A stretch of 64,000 nucleotides of DNA from Dehalococcoidia bacterium (GTDB lineage: Bacteria > Chloroflexota > Dehalococcoidia > Plut-88900): positions 64,001 to 128,000 of the forward strand of contig CBDBLV010000004.1 in NCBI GenBank assembly GCA_965207225.1, read 5' to 3'. This document shows positions 1 through 9,855 of the stretch, one piece after another (the first letter of the stretch is position 1; each line of letters begins with the position of its first letter). A program made the position numbers and the translations under genes. The notes under the pieces are model-generated. The model did not search any database. It saw nothing but the letters and a program-made list of their open reading frames with translations, and was not told where the DNA came from.

Positions 1-2
1 TG

Positions 3-1094
3 GAGCGGACGGACTCGCCGTTCCTGGTGGCGCTGGTCGGGGCGGCGCGGCTTCTGCCGATGGGGACGCTGGGGTTCGTGGCGGGGACGCAGGCCGACAG
101 GTGGCCTCGAAAGAGCATGTTGGTCGGGGCACAGGGTTTGAACTTCGTGCTGTCGGCGGGAATGGGAGTGGCCCTGCTGCTCGACCTGCTGGAGCTGTGG
201 CAGATGTACCTAGGGGCATTTCTCATCGGGATTGCCTGGGCAATCGACTACCCGGTGAGGCATTCGATAATCCGAGACGTGGTGCCGGAGGACGTGGTGG
301 TGAACGCGATGGCGATAAACGTGGCGTCGTGGATGGGGTCGGCGATGGTGGGGAGGTGGGTGGCGGGATGGATGCTGGACGTGGCGGGGCCGGGGGAGGC
401 GTACATATTCATCGCGGTGTCGGTGCTGCTGGGTCTGCTTTTCGTGCTTCGGGTACCGGTGCCGAGGGCAGTCAAAGTGGCCGCGGTGCCTGAGTCGATG
501 ATCAAGAGCGTGACGTCGGGGCTGAGGTACGTGTGGGGGAACGGACCAATTAGAGGCGTGCTGCTAATCACTCTCGGGGCGAACATACTACTGTTTCCAC
601 ACATACAGCTGCACGCGGTGTTTGCGAGGGACGTGTATAACGTGGGGGCCACGGGGCTGGGGTTCCTGAGCGGGATGGACGGACTGGGATCGATGATTGG
701 GTCGATCACGATAGCGGCACTGGGGACGCTGAGATACAGGGGCCGGATATTCGTCGTGGGGTCAACGGTGCTGGGGATAGGGGTGCTGCTGTTCAGCCTG
801 ACCCCGACGTTTGGGCTGGCGTTGCTGGCGCTGCTGTTTGCAGGATTCGGGCAGGGAGGCTTCACGACGATGCAGACGACGATAGCGACGACGGCGTCGA
901 CGCCGGAGATGAGGGGTCGGGCGATGGGTGCGGTGGCAATGGCGATCGGGTCTCTGCCGCTGGGGATGGTATACATCGGGGCGCTGGCGGAGTGGATCGG
1001 GGTGCAGAGGGCGGTAACGTACAGCAGCGTGGCCTTCTTGGTAGTGGTGCTGCTGACGGCGGTGACGCAGCCGGGGATCCGTCGGGTGGGGTGA
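3..1094 (+). CDS. MFS transporter (5'-truncated by window edge)
   Basis: Frame is open from base 3 (ERTDSPFLVALVG). Motif-A-like GTQADRWPRK, many hydrophobic helices, C-terminal PEMRGRAMG. Confidence 0.9.
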   Translation, partial: ERTDSPFLVALVGAARLLPMGTLGFVAGTQADRWPRKSMLVGAQGLNFVLSAGMGVALLLDLLELWQMYLGAFLIGIAWAIDYPVRHSIIRDVVPEDVVVNAMAINVASWMGSAMVGRWVAGWMLDVAGPGEAYIFIAVSVLLGLLFVLRVPVPRAVKVAAVPESMIKSVTSGLRYVWGNGPIRGVLLITLGANILLFPHIQLHAVFARDVYNVGATGLGFLSGMDGLGSMIGSITIAALGTLRYRGRIFVVGSTVLGIGVLLFSLTPTFGLALLALLFAGFGQGGFTTMQTTIATTASTPEMRGRAMGAVAMAIGSLPLGMVYIGALAEWIGVQRAVTYSSVAFLVVVLLTAVTQPGIRRVG

Positions 1095-1123
1095 GGGGGG
1101 AGGGTCCCACCCTGGGGAGAGGA

Positions 1124-1175
1124 ATCACCCTCACCCTAGCCCTCTCCCATCGAGGGAGAGGGGACAGGACCCCAC
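1124..1175 (+). repeat. REP-like palindrome family A (TCACCCTCACCCTAGCCCTCTCCC..GGGAGAGGGG)
   Basis: Hairpin CCCTCTCCC/GGGAGAGGG; similar copies at ~7610, 14839 and 30771. Confidence 0.8.
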
Positions 1176-1211
1176 CCCCACGGAGAATCTAAGAATAAGG
1201 AGTATGGATAG

Positions 1212-2279
1212 ATGAAATTTGGGTTGTTTTTCTTTGCGGAGAATCCGGAGGAGTTTAGGACACCGAATGCTGAGAACTACCGGCAAGCGTTGGAGCTGAC
1301 GGAACTGGCGGAGGACCTGGGGTTCGATCAGGTATGGACTGCGGAGCACCACTTCGACGCGCAGTATCCGCCCAACCCATTCATCCTCTGCGCGGCGATG
1401 GCGGCGAGGACGAGCCGGATAAGGATCGGGACGAACATCTGCATACTGCCGCTGCACCACCCGCTGATCGTGGCGGAGAATGCGGCGATGGTGGACGTGC
1501 TGTCGAATGGGCGGTTCGACCTGGGGCTGGGGGTGGGGTACGAGAAGACGGAATTCGAGACGCTGGACGTGCCGAGGAGGGAGCGAGGCCGGCGGATGGA
1601 GGAGGGGTTGCAGTCGATCATCGGGCTGATGACGGAGGAGAAATTCACGTTCAGGGGTCGGCACTTCCACTTTGACGGGGTGACGATGCTGCCCCGGCCC
1701 GTGCAGAAGCCGCACCCACCGATATGGGTGGCGGCAGAGAAGAGGCCCGTGGGTGACGAGATACCACCAGCAATCGAGAGGGCGGCGAAGTACGGGTGTC
1801 ACCTGACGGGGCCGCGGGACCCGGAGATGCTCGGGCCGTACGAGAGGGCACTGAGGAAGTACGGTCGGGAGCCGGGGGAGTATTTCAGGAACGTCATCCG
1901 CAACTGCTATGTCGGGGAGACGAAGGAGCAGGCGTGGAGGGACTATGCTCCCCATGCGCTGGCGCAGATGCGAGGGTATCTGCCCAAGTACACGGAGGCG
2001 GGGATATTCGAGACGATGGCGGGTGAGATGTTCGGGAGGCTGCCGCTACCGAGTGCGGAGGAGTTGCCGGGCCTCGCGGAGTCGGGGGAGGTGCACTTCT
2101 TGGGGAAGCCGTTTGTGGTCGGGACGCCGGATGAGGTGTGTCGGGCGGTGGAGGAGGACGAGAGTCGGGGGATCACGCATTTCCTGGCGTGGATGCAGAT
2201 AGGGGGGATGGATGCGAGAAAGACGAGGAGCTCGATGAGGTTGTTTGCGCGAGAGGTGATGCCGCATTTTCGGGGGTGA
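1212..2279 (+). CDS. LLM-class flavin-dependent oxidoreductase (luciferase-like monooxygenase)
   Basis: MKFGLF start; WTAEHHF, HPLIVAENAAMVDVLSNGRFDLGLGVG, PRPVQKPHPPIW, FAREVMPHF. AAGGAG SD upstream. Confidence 0.93.
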   Translation: MKFGLFFFAENPEEFRTPNAENYRQALELTELAEDLGFDQVWTAEHHFDAQYPPNPFILCAAMAARTSRIRIGTNICILPLHHPLIVAENAAMVDVLSNGRFDLGLGVGYEKTEFETLDVPRRERGRRMEEGLQSIIGLMTEEKFTFRGRHFHFDGVTMLPRPVQKPHPPIWVAAEKRPVGDEIPPAIERAAKYGCHLTGPRDPEMLGPYERALRKYGREPGEYFRNVIRNCYVGETKEQAWRDYAPHALAQMRGYLPKYTEAGIFETMAGEMFGRLPLPSAEELPGLAESGEVHFLGKPFVVGTPDEVCRAVEEDESRGITHFLAWMQIGGMDARKTRSSMRLFAREVMPHFRG

Positions 2280-2337
2280 GGGCGTTGTTGGAGGAGATGG
2301 GCTGGAAATGCGTGTGCCATCTCCCTCTCCCACATCA

Positions 2338-2460
2338 AGGAACCCTCACCCCCTTGATCCCCCTCTCCCTTAGGGCCTTCAAGGGAGAGGGGGAAACAAG
2401 AACAGAGGCCCGCGCCTTCGCCATAGGCGAAGGCGCGGGCCTCTAGTTCAGTACTGGGGG
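2338..2460 (+). repeat. Composite ~120-145 bp two-hairpin repeat element, copy 1
   Basis: GGAACCCTCACCCCCTTGATCCCCCTCTCCC-TTAGGGCCTT-AAGGGAGAGGG..AAGAACAGAGGC[hairpin]GCCTCTAGTTCAGTACTGGGG; homologous to 28918-29062 and 35899-35996. Confidence 0.85.
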
Positions 2461-2534
2461 GAGGGATTCCGGCTCGGAGCGGAAGGATGACGGGGTTAGA
2501 CAGCTAGGGCACCCGGGAATCTGGATGACGCGTG

Positions 2535-2560
2535 AGATTCCTCGCGAGGCCTCGGAATGG
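2535..2560 (+). repeat. REP-like family B (AGATTCCTCGCGGGGCATCGGAATGACA consensus)
   Basis: GATTCC..GGAAT palindrome; about 10 copies in intergenic regions of the window. Confidence 0.75.
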
Positions 2561-2578
2561 TATAAGGGGGGAGGGCGG

Positions 2579-5500
2579 TCAGGAGGCGGGTTGGGTGGTG
2601 GGAGGGGCGGTGGCGACCATTTGGGCGGCGACTAGCTGGGCGTAGAGGCCGTTGAGCTCCATTAGCTCGTCGTGGGTGCCTTCTTCAACTTTGCGGCCTG
2701 CGTCCAGCACTACGAGCTTGTCGGCGTCCCGGACGGTGGAGAGTCGGTGGGCGATGATGACGGTGCTTCTGCCGGTCATGAGTCGGTTGAGGGCCTGGCG
2801 GACCTGGTGTTCGCTGACGGCGTCAAGGTGGGATGTTGCTTCGTCGAGGATTAGGACGGGGGCGTTCTTGAGGAGAGCCCGGGCGATGGATATGCGCTGG
2901 CGCTGACCGCCGGAGAGCTGCATGCCTCGCTCGCCGACCACGGTGTCGTATCCCTCGGGGAAGGAGGCTATGAAGTCGTGGGCGTTGGCCTGTCGGGCGG
3001 CTTCTTCTATTTCTTCCTGGGTGGCGTCAAACTTGCCGAGGGCGATATTGTCGCGGATGCTAGCGTTGAAGAGGTAGGTGTCCTGTGTGACAAAAGCGAT
3101 GCTGTCGCGGAGGGGGTCGAGCCTGAATTCCTTGAGGTCATGGTCGCCTAGCGAGACCTCACCGGTCTGGGGGTCCCAGAAGCGCATGAGAAGGTAGGCA
3201 CAGGTGGTCTTGCCCGCCCCGGACCTTCCGACGAGGGCCACGGTCTGGCCGGGCTCGACGGTGAAGCTGACATCGGAGACGGCCTGGGGGAGGTCGGGGC
3301 CGTAGGCGAAGGAAGCGGCGTTGAATCGGACCAGAGGGGCCTTTGCCACGGCGGGTTGTCCGGGGGCGGCGACGCCCGGGCCATCGGCGACGGGGAGGGG
3401 TTCATCGTGGACGGCAAAGACTCGTCGGCCTGCGGCGAGGGTCTCCATGAGGTCCTTGGCGGTGCGGGCGATGTCGGAGACCGGGGAGAAGGTGGAGAGG
3501 GCGAGGAGGGCGGCGAGGGGAAGGTCGGGGCGGTCCATACGGCCTTCCAGGACGAGCCATGCACCCATTGCCAGAACAGCGAGGCCCCCGAGGCCCGTGA
3601 CCGCTTCGATGAAGGCGGTCTGGGAGTCCTGGGCCTTCTTGGCCTTGGTCTGACTTCCAGCGAAGTCCCAACCCCGCTCCCGGATATCGCCAGTGCGGGT
3701 CGGGCCCTGGCCGAAGGCGGCGATTTCGCGCATGCCCTGGATGTTATCGACCATCTGAGCATGGATGCCGCCGAGCTTGCTCAGGACTTCGTCGCCGAGG
3801 CGTTCATTGGTCTTCTGGTCATAGAAGGGTCGGATGGCAACGGCGAGAAGGAAGGGCAAGAGGACGATTGCCAACGGCCAGGAGATGAGGGCCAGAGTGA
3901 TAAGAACTGCAAGGGGCACGATAAAAGCCACGAAAGCCGGACTGATGGTGTGGGCGAAGAAATATTCGATCCTTTCGATGTCGCCGCCGACGACGCCAAC
4001 GATGTCTCCTGAGCGGCGCTTGACCAGATAAGCGGGGGCGATGGAGTCCATCTTCCGGTACATGTCGATACGCATTTCGGCGAGGAGTCGGTAGGCAAGA
4101 TCGTGAGAGAGCCAGCCCTCGGCCCAGGTGAAGAAGGCGGTCAGGGGAGCAAACACCCCTAGCAGAATGAGATAGAGGGTAAGGTCCCCGCCGCGGAAGA
4201 CCTGGCCGACCAGCAAGGCGCTAACGACGCCCAAACCGATGATGGATCCATGGTGGGCTATGCCGAGGACGAAGGTGACTACCTGCTGCTTCCACCAGGG
4301 GTTGATGAGGGTCATCAATCGACGGAGGATAGTGAGGGCGCCCATGGGTTGGGCGGGTCCGATGTCCGTGGGTGCAGGTTCGAAGACTTCGTCGGGGATT
4401 GTGGGGGGTTGGGCATCGGGTGTGGCGGCTCCATCGACGGAGGAGGCTGCACGAGTCGGTTTGACAGCGAATCCTGCGGCTTGCTGGTCAGCCATGAGCC
4501 GGGAGTAGACCCCACCGGCATTTATCAATTCGGCATGGGGGCCGACCTCTACGAGTCGGCTGTCATCGAGGACGAGGATACGGTCGGCGCCAACGATGCT
4601 GGAGAGGCGGTGGGCAATGATGAGGGTGGTGCGGCCCTGCATAAGGCGGTCGAGGGCTTCCTGGATGAGGGCCTCATTCTCGGCATCAACGCTGGAGAGG
4701 GCCTCGTCGAGGACCAGTATCGGGGCATTCTTCAGAAGGGCCCGGGCGATGGCAATTCGCTGTCGCTGACCGCCGGAGAGCCGGATGGCGCGCTCGCCGA
4801 CGTAGGTATCGTAGCCCTGGGGAAGCTGGGATATGAACTCGTGGGCGTTGGCGGCTCGGGCGGCGGCTTCCAATTCCTCCTGGGTGGCGTCCTGCTTGCC
4901 GAATCGGAGGTTGTCGGCGACGGTGCCGTGGAAGAGGTAGGTGTCCTGGGTGACAACGGAGATGTGCTCACGGATGTGGTCCAGGGGGAGGTCTCTCAGG
5001 TCCTGGCCACCTAGCAGGATGCGGCCTTTCTGGGGATCGAAGAAGCGGTAAACGAGCCAGACAATGGTGGACTTACCAGCGCCACTGGGCCCGACCAGAC
5101 CAAGTTTCTCGCCTTGGCCGAGGGTAAAGGAGACATCTTCGAGGGCGTTTCCTCGGCCCTGGTCGTAGGCGAAGGTGACGTTCTCGAACTTGATCTCGGG
5201 GGTGAGGGTGGGCGTCTCGGCGACAGTTGGTTTTTCGGGGTCCTTGATTTCCACGGACTCAGCCATGAGGTTGAAGATACTCTGGGCGGCGGCGCTGACG
5301 ATCATGCCCTTGTGGTAGAGCATGGTGAGCTCGCGGAGGGGCTTGAAGACCTCGACGCCGAACATCATGACGATAAGGAGGGTGCGGATCTCCATGTCGC
5401 CGGCTGCGACCCTACCGGCGCCCACCCCAAGGGCCACGGCGGCGCCCGCCGAAATGCCCAGTACGGTCACGCCGCCAGTCGCTATGTTGGCGGCGAGGAC

Positions 5501-6205
5501 ACCCATAGTGCTCCGGTAGAGGGTCCGCGCACGGTCGGCGAGGCGGTCGCCGTGTCTGCCGCTCTGGCCGAAGGCCTTGAGGGTGGCGAGGCCCTGGACG
5601 CCATCCAGGAAGTCGGCGCCGAGGGAACCGTAGGAGCGGTAGCGGTGCATGCTGCTCTTCTGATTCCAACTGTGAAAAACAGCGGGAGCGACGAGGGTGA
5701 AGAGGGCAAAACCAAGGAAGATCAGGGCCACGGGCCAATCCAGGACGGCCATGAATACAAAGATAAGGATGGGGGCGATGGCTGCAATCAGAATCTGGGG
5801 AAGGTACTGTCCGAAGAAGGTCTCAAGGCCTTCAACACCATCGCCGAGGGTGAGAATGACACCGCCGGTGCGTCGTTGGTCGAAGTGGCCCGGTCCGAGG
5901 GCCAGGCAGTGCTGGTAGAGATTCTCACGGATCTTGATCTTGACGATGCTGGAGGTGTGGTGGGCGGTGCCGTTCTGGAGGTACTGGAAGATGCCGCGAA
6001 CACCGATAAGGATGGCGACACCGATCATAGGAAAAGCGAGGGAGGAGTACTCGGCCTCGCCGCGGAAGACCCGGGCGATGACGATGGCGAAAATTGCGAG
6101 GCCTGCGACACCGGCTCCGACCGCGATCAGACCCAATACAGTGGAAAGGAGAATTCGGAGCCGGACGCCCTTCGTGAGTTGGAACAGTCTGATGTCGAAG
6201 TACAT
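2579..6205 (-). CDS. Fused full-length ABC transporter (TMD-NBD-TMD-NBD), CydDC/IrtAB-like
   Basis: Two Walker A motifs (GPSGAGKST, GRSGAGKTT), two LSGGQRQR signatures, two LDEA Walker B motifs and two TM blocks. Start placed at MYFDIRL (ATG 6205). Confidence 0.9.
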   Translation of the reverse strand: MYFDIRLFQLTKGVRLRILLSTVLGLIAVGAGVAGLAIFAIVIARVFRGEAEYSSLAFPMIGVAILIGVRGIFQYLQNGTAHHTSSIVKIKIRENLYQHCLALGPGHFDQRRTGGVILTLGDGVEGLETFFGQYLPQILIAAIAPILIFVFMAVLDWPVALIFLGFALFTLVAPAVFHSWNQKSSMHRYRSYGSLGADFLDGVQGLATLKAFGQSGRHGDRLADRARTLYRSTMGVLAANIATGGVTVLGISAGAAVALGVGAGRVAAGDMEIRTLLIVMMFGVEVFKPLRELTMLYHKGMIVSAAAQSIFNLMAESVEIKDPEKPTVAETPTLTPEIKFENVTFAYDQGRGNALEDVSFTLGQGEKLGLVGPSGAGKSTIVWLVYRFFDPQKGRILLGGQDLRDLPLDHIREHISVVTQDTYLFHGTVADNLRFGKQDATQEELEAAARAANAHEFISQLPQGYDTYVGERAIRLSGGQRQRIAIARALLKNAPILVLDEALSSVDAENEALIQEALDRLMQGRTTLIIAHRLSSIVGADRILVLDDSRLVEVGPHAELINAGGVYSRLMADQQAAGFAVKPTRAASSVDGAATPDAQPPTIPDEVFEPAPTDIGPAQPMGALTILRRLMTLINPWWKQQVVTFVLGIAHHGSIIGLGVVSALLVGQVFRGGDLTLYLILLGVFAPLTAFFTWAEGWLSHDLAYRLLAEMRIDMYRKMDSIAPAYLVKRRSGDIVGVVGGDIERIEYFFAHTISPAFVAFIVPLAVLITLALISWPLAIVLLPFLLAVAIRPFYDQKTNERLGDEVLSKLGGIHAQMVDNIQGMREIAAFGQGPTRTGDIRERGWDFAGSQTKAKKAQDSQTAFIEAVTGLGGLAVLAMGAWLVLEGRMDRPDLPLAALLALSTFSPVSDIARTAKDLMETLAAGRRVFAVHDEPLPVADGPGVAAPGQPAVAKAPLVRFNAASFAYGPDLPQAVSDVSFTVEPGQTVALVGRSGAGKTTCAYLLMRFWDPQTGEVSLGDHDLKEFRLDPLRDSIAFVTQDTYLFNASIRDNIALGKFDATQEEIEEAARQANAHDFIASFPEGYDTVVGERGMQLSGGQRQRISIARALLKNAPVLILDEATSHLDAVSEHQVRQALNRLMTGRSTVIIAHRLSTVRDADKLVVLDAGRKVEEGTHDELMELNGLYAQLVAAQMVATAPPTTQPAS

Positions 6206-6381
6206 AAGCCAGCGGTCGGAGGCCAGGCCCCGGGGCATAGGCCGCCTGTCGGAGCCCGACAAGAGATTATATATTCAAGATGGGGTATTGTAAACACGTT
6301 TGGACCATGTATCCGAGGAGCTTGCTGGACTGCTAAAATTCCCGCAAGCCAAAAATGACCGTGAAAGGAACCTAGCGAGCG

Positions 6382-7521
6382 ATGAAAGATTACGTAGCCG
6401 TTGACGTGGACGGGCACATCATGGAGCCGCCCGACCTCTTCGAAAGGAATCTGGAGCCGAAATATCGTGACAGGGCATACAAGCTGGTGGTGGACGATGA
6501 GGGTATCGAGCATCCGGTGATGGACAACGTGTGGCTGGACGACACCCGGCCCCCGGGGACGGTTTCCGTGTACGGGGCAGTGGACAAGCCGATAGAAGAC
6601 TACCTGGGGGCGAAGGTGCACTACCGAGAGTCGATGGTGCCCGGGGCATGGGTGCCCGAAGCGCGGCTGAAAGTAATGGACGAGGAGGGCATAGACATAG
6701 CGCTTTTTTACCCTTCGCTGGGGCTGGACTGGGAGAGCTCTTGCGATGACGCCGACCTCGTTGCGGCACATTGCCGGGTGTACAACGACTGGCTAATCGA
6801 CTTTTGCAAGACTGACCCGAACAGGCTGGTGCCAATTGCCCACATTTCCTTCATGGACGTGGAGCAGGCGGTGGAGGAGACGCGTCGGGTGGCGGGGTTG
6901 GGGGCGAAGGGTCTGATGATGCTTGCGTTCCCGCCACGCAACGGGCAACCGTACGGTGAGCCGGTCTACGATCTGATCTGGGCGGAGGCGGAGAGCCTCG
7001 GGTTGCCAGTGGGGATTCACGTACACGGGGGCGGGACACGGTTCGGCGGGGACTACTTCTACCCGCACCCGTGGAAGGCATCCTGGTGGTGGTGGTTCGT
7101 GACCGCGGGAGAGTTCGTCATCGATTCGTTTACGTCGATGTTCCAGGGCGGGATGTTCGACAGGTTCCCGAACCTGCAGGTTATTGCGCTGGAGTCGGGG
7201 TGCGGGTGGCTGGCGTACTGGCTGGAGCGGATGGACGAATATTTCGAGAGGTACGGCTTCGAGACTCCGATGCAACTGGACAGGCCCAGCGAGTATTTCC
7301 ACCGGCAGTGCTGGATCTCCATGGAGCCGAGCGAGAAGATCGGGCTGACGATGATGCAGCTGCTGGGGGCGGACCGGTTTTTGTGGGCGTCGGATTATCC
7401 GCATTCGGATGCTGAGATGGGGACAGTGGCGCAGCTGAAGAGAAACCTGGCCGATCTGCCCGATTCGGAGTTCAGGAAGGTGCTGGGGGAGAATGCGGTG
7501 AGGTTGTATGGTCTTTCGTGA
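6382..7521 (+). CDS. Amidohydrolase family protein (amidohydro_2)
   Basis: DVDGHIMEP, MDEEGID, YNDWL, IHVH, LESGCGWL, WASDYPHSD. Confidence 0.92.
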   Translation: MKDYVAVDVDGHIMEPPDLFERNLEPKYRDRAYKLVVDDEGIEHPVMDNVWLDDTRPPGTVSVYGAVDKPIEDYLGAKVHYRESMVPGAWVPEARLKVMDEEGIDIALFYPSLGLDWESSCDDADLVAAHCRVYNDWLIDFCKTDPNRLVPIAHISFMDVEQAVEETRRVAGLGAKGLMMLAFPPRNGQPYGEPVYDLIWAEAESLGLPVGIHVHGGGTRFGGDYFYPHPWKASWWWWFVTAGEFVIDSFTSMFQGGMFDRFPNLQVIALESGCGWLAYWLERMDEYFERYGFETPMQLDRPSEYFHRQCWISMEPSEKIGLTMMQLLGADRFLWASDYPHSDAEMGTVAQLKRNLADLPDSEFRKVLGENAVRLYGLS

Positions 7522-7609
7522 GGCGACATAACGGATGGAAGACTGGGGGGTCAGTGAGAGTGTGCGGTGTTGAGACTGCACATAACGCATACGCTATGCA
7601 AAACAGATA

Positions 7610-7692
7610 ATCACTCTCACCCCAGCCCTCTTTCTTGACGGGATAGGGGACCGGACCCCGCCCCAGATTCCTCGCGGGGCATCGGAATGACA
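7610..7692 (+). repeat. Tandem REP-like family A (degenerate) plus family B
   Basis: TCACTCTCACCCCAGCCCTC..GGGATAGGGGA followed by AGATTCCTCGCGGGGCATCGGAATGACA (7665-7692). Confidence 0.8.
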
Positions 7693-7740
7693 GTTGGGCG
7701 AATGCGCTGTCGAAATTCGAAGATTTAAATTGGAGGAGTT

Positions 7741-8646
7741 ATGCCGAAGATAGGGCTGGTGGGGCTGGGGGTTATCGGGCAGATCTATGCCGTCAACTTG
7801 ATAAAAGCCTTTGGCCCCATAAATGTCTACGACGTGGACCGGCCTCACATGGCGGTGGCCAGAAGCCTAGGAGGGATAGTGTGTGAGAGTGGGGAGGAAC
7901 TGGCAGCAGCGTCGGAGGTCGTTGTCCTGGCACTGCCCAACCCCGAGGCAGTACGAGCCGCAATGGGTAAACAGAACGGCCTGCTGGAGGGTGCAGTACC
8001 CGGAACCGTCATAGTGGACCTGAGCACAATTGACCCTATGACGGCATTGGAAATGTTTCAGGTTGCCAAAGAGCAGGGTGTGGACTACCTGGACTCGCCG
8101 ATAAGCGGGGGTCAGCCAGGCGGGGCGGGAACGGACGGGGCAAGGGCGGCGAACGTGACGTTCATGGTAAGCGGGGACAAGGCAGCGTTTGAAAGGGCGA
8201 GACCGGTGATGGAGGCCTTGGGCGAGAAATTCTTCTTCCTCGGCAAGGCCGGAACGGGGACTAGAGTGAAGCTGTTGAGCAATTTCGTGAGCGGGATGGT
8301 GAACCTGATTTCGGCGGAGGCTTTTGCTCTCGGGGCGGCGGCGGGTATCGACGCCAAGACGTTGATGGATGTGTTCGACGAGACGGATGCGGACTGCTAT
8401 TTCATGCAGAACTACGTGCGGCCCCGGATTGAACGGGGTGACTTCGAGCCGGGTTTTTCCATTGACTTGCAATACAAAGACCTGCGGCTGATGAGTGAGT
8501 GGGCACGGGAGGAGGGAATCCCCGTGCCTATCAATGACCTAGGCGTGCAGCTGTACCAGATGGCTCGGGCAGCGGGGCTTGGAGGGAAGGACCTGGTGGA
8601 GTCGGTGAATTATTGGGCACGGGTGTCGGGGATTGAGACTCCCTAA
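7741..8646 (+). CDS. NAD(P)-dependent beta-hydroxyacid dehydrogenase (3-hydroxyisobutyrate dehydrogenase family)
   Basis: IGLVGLGVIG Rossmann motif, VDLSTIDP, LDSPISGG, G-x-G-xx-VKL-x-N, PGFS..LQYKDL. GGAGGAG SD. Confidence 0.9.
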   Translation: MPKIGLVGLGVIGQIYAVNLIKAFGPINVYDVDRPHMAVARSLGGIVCESGEELAAASEVVVLALPNPEAVRAAMGKQNGLLEGAVPGTVIVDLSTIDPMTALEMFQVAKEQGVDYLDSPISGGQPGGAGTDGARAANVTFMVSGDKAAFERARPVMEALGEKFFFLGKAGTGTRVKLLSNFVSGMVNLISAEAFALGAAAGIDAKTLMDVFDETDADCYFMQNYVRPRIERGDFEPGFSIDLQYKDLRLMSEWAREEGIPVPINDLGVQLYQMARAAGLGGKDLVESVNYWARVSGIETP

Positions 8647-8669
8647 CAGAAACTGAAGCCCAGACCGGG

Positions 8670-9812
8670 CTATAGGCCGTAGAGACGGGCGCAGTTGTCC
8701 CAGAGGATCTTACGGAGGCTTTCGCGTGGGAAGTCGAGGGTGAGGAGCATATCGACGGACTTGGGGTAGCGGCTGTCGGGGTGGGGATAGTCGGTGGAGA
8801 AGACGATATTGTCGTCGCCGAGCCAGTCGATGGTGTATTTGCCGGGCTCTTCGTCGGCCTCCACGGAGGTGAAGCACTGGCGCTTGAAGTAGTCGGAGGG
8901 CATGTGGGGCATTTTGTCCTTCAGGGCTGACTCCCGGTGTTCGTAGTGCTCGTCCATGCGCCATATCCAGAAGGGCGCCCAGCTACAGTTGCCCTCCAGG
9001 AAGGCGAACCGGACGCCCGGGAATCGCTCCGTGACGCCGCCCATGATGATGGCGAGGCAGGCATACATCTGCTCGATGGGGTGGGCAGCAAGGTGCTCGG
9101 TGGTCCAGAGGTTTTCGTGGTGGCCATCGAAGCGTTCACCCATGGCTACGGGGAGCTCACAGGGGGTGCCTTCGTGGAAGCCGACGGCCAGATCGTGAGT
9201 CTGACACTCGGCCCATAGGCGGTCATAGTAGGGGTGGTTCCAGTTACGGCCCTGGACTGGATTAGGTCGGAGGAAGATGCTCCTGAAAGCGTAGTCATTG
9301 GCGACGCGTCGGGTCTCGGTGACGGCGGCGTCGATGTTCTGGGCGGGGACCATGCCGGAGCCAAACATCCTGGTGGGGCTGCCCTGGCAGAACTCAGCGA
9401 GCCAGTCGTTGTAAGCGCGAGAGATAGCCGCAGCAAGATCATCGTCGTCGTAGACCTTGGCGTGGGCGAAGAGGCCCATGGAAGGGAAGAGAAGGGCGAG
9501 GTCAAGACCCTCGGCGTCCATGGCCTCAACCTGGGTGTCGGGGCCCCAGCCCCGGTCCTGGAAGGAGAGAAACTCGTCGAGGCGGCCGTAGCGCCTGGCA
9601 AGGTCGACGTACATGTCGCCTTCGTCGGCGAAGTTGTCCTGATCCCGGGCGATGACGCGGCCATCGTGCTTGAGGCGTAGATCCATGAAGTACTCTTCGG
9701 CACCGACGGGGGCATGGTCCCGGAAGTCGGGGGGCATGTAGGTCTGCCAGAGGTCGGCGGGTTCCATGACGTGCATGTCACTGTCGATGACTTTGAAGCC
9801 GTCTTTTGCCAT
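8670..9812 (-). CDS. Amidohydrolase family protein (amidohydro_2)
   Basis: DSDMHVMEP, AYNDWL, FHEG, LEGNCSW, FSTDYPHPD, DNCARLY. Confidence 0.92.
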   Translation of the reverse strand: MAKDGFKVIDSDMHVMEPADLWQTYMPPDFRDHAPVGAEEYFMDLRLKHDGRVIARDQDNFADEGDMYVDLARRYGRLDEFLSFQDRGWGPDTQVEAMDAEGLDLALLFPSMGLFAHAKVYDDDDLAAAISRAYNDWLAEFCQGSPTRMFGSGMVPAQNIDAAVTETRRVANDYAFRSIFLRPNPVQGRNWNHPYYDRLWAECQTHDLAVGFHEGTPCELPVAMGERFDGHHENLWTTEHLAAHPIEQMYACLAIIMGGVTERFPGVRFAFLEGNCSWAPFWIWRMDEHYEHRESALKDKMPHMPSDYFKRQCFTSVEADEEPGKYTIDWLGDDNIVFSTDYPHPDSRYPKSVDMLLTLDFPRESLRKILWDNCARLYGL

Positions 9813-9855
9813 TGTAGTGCCCCCTCCCTCAGGGCATTTTCCACCCTCAGGATGG

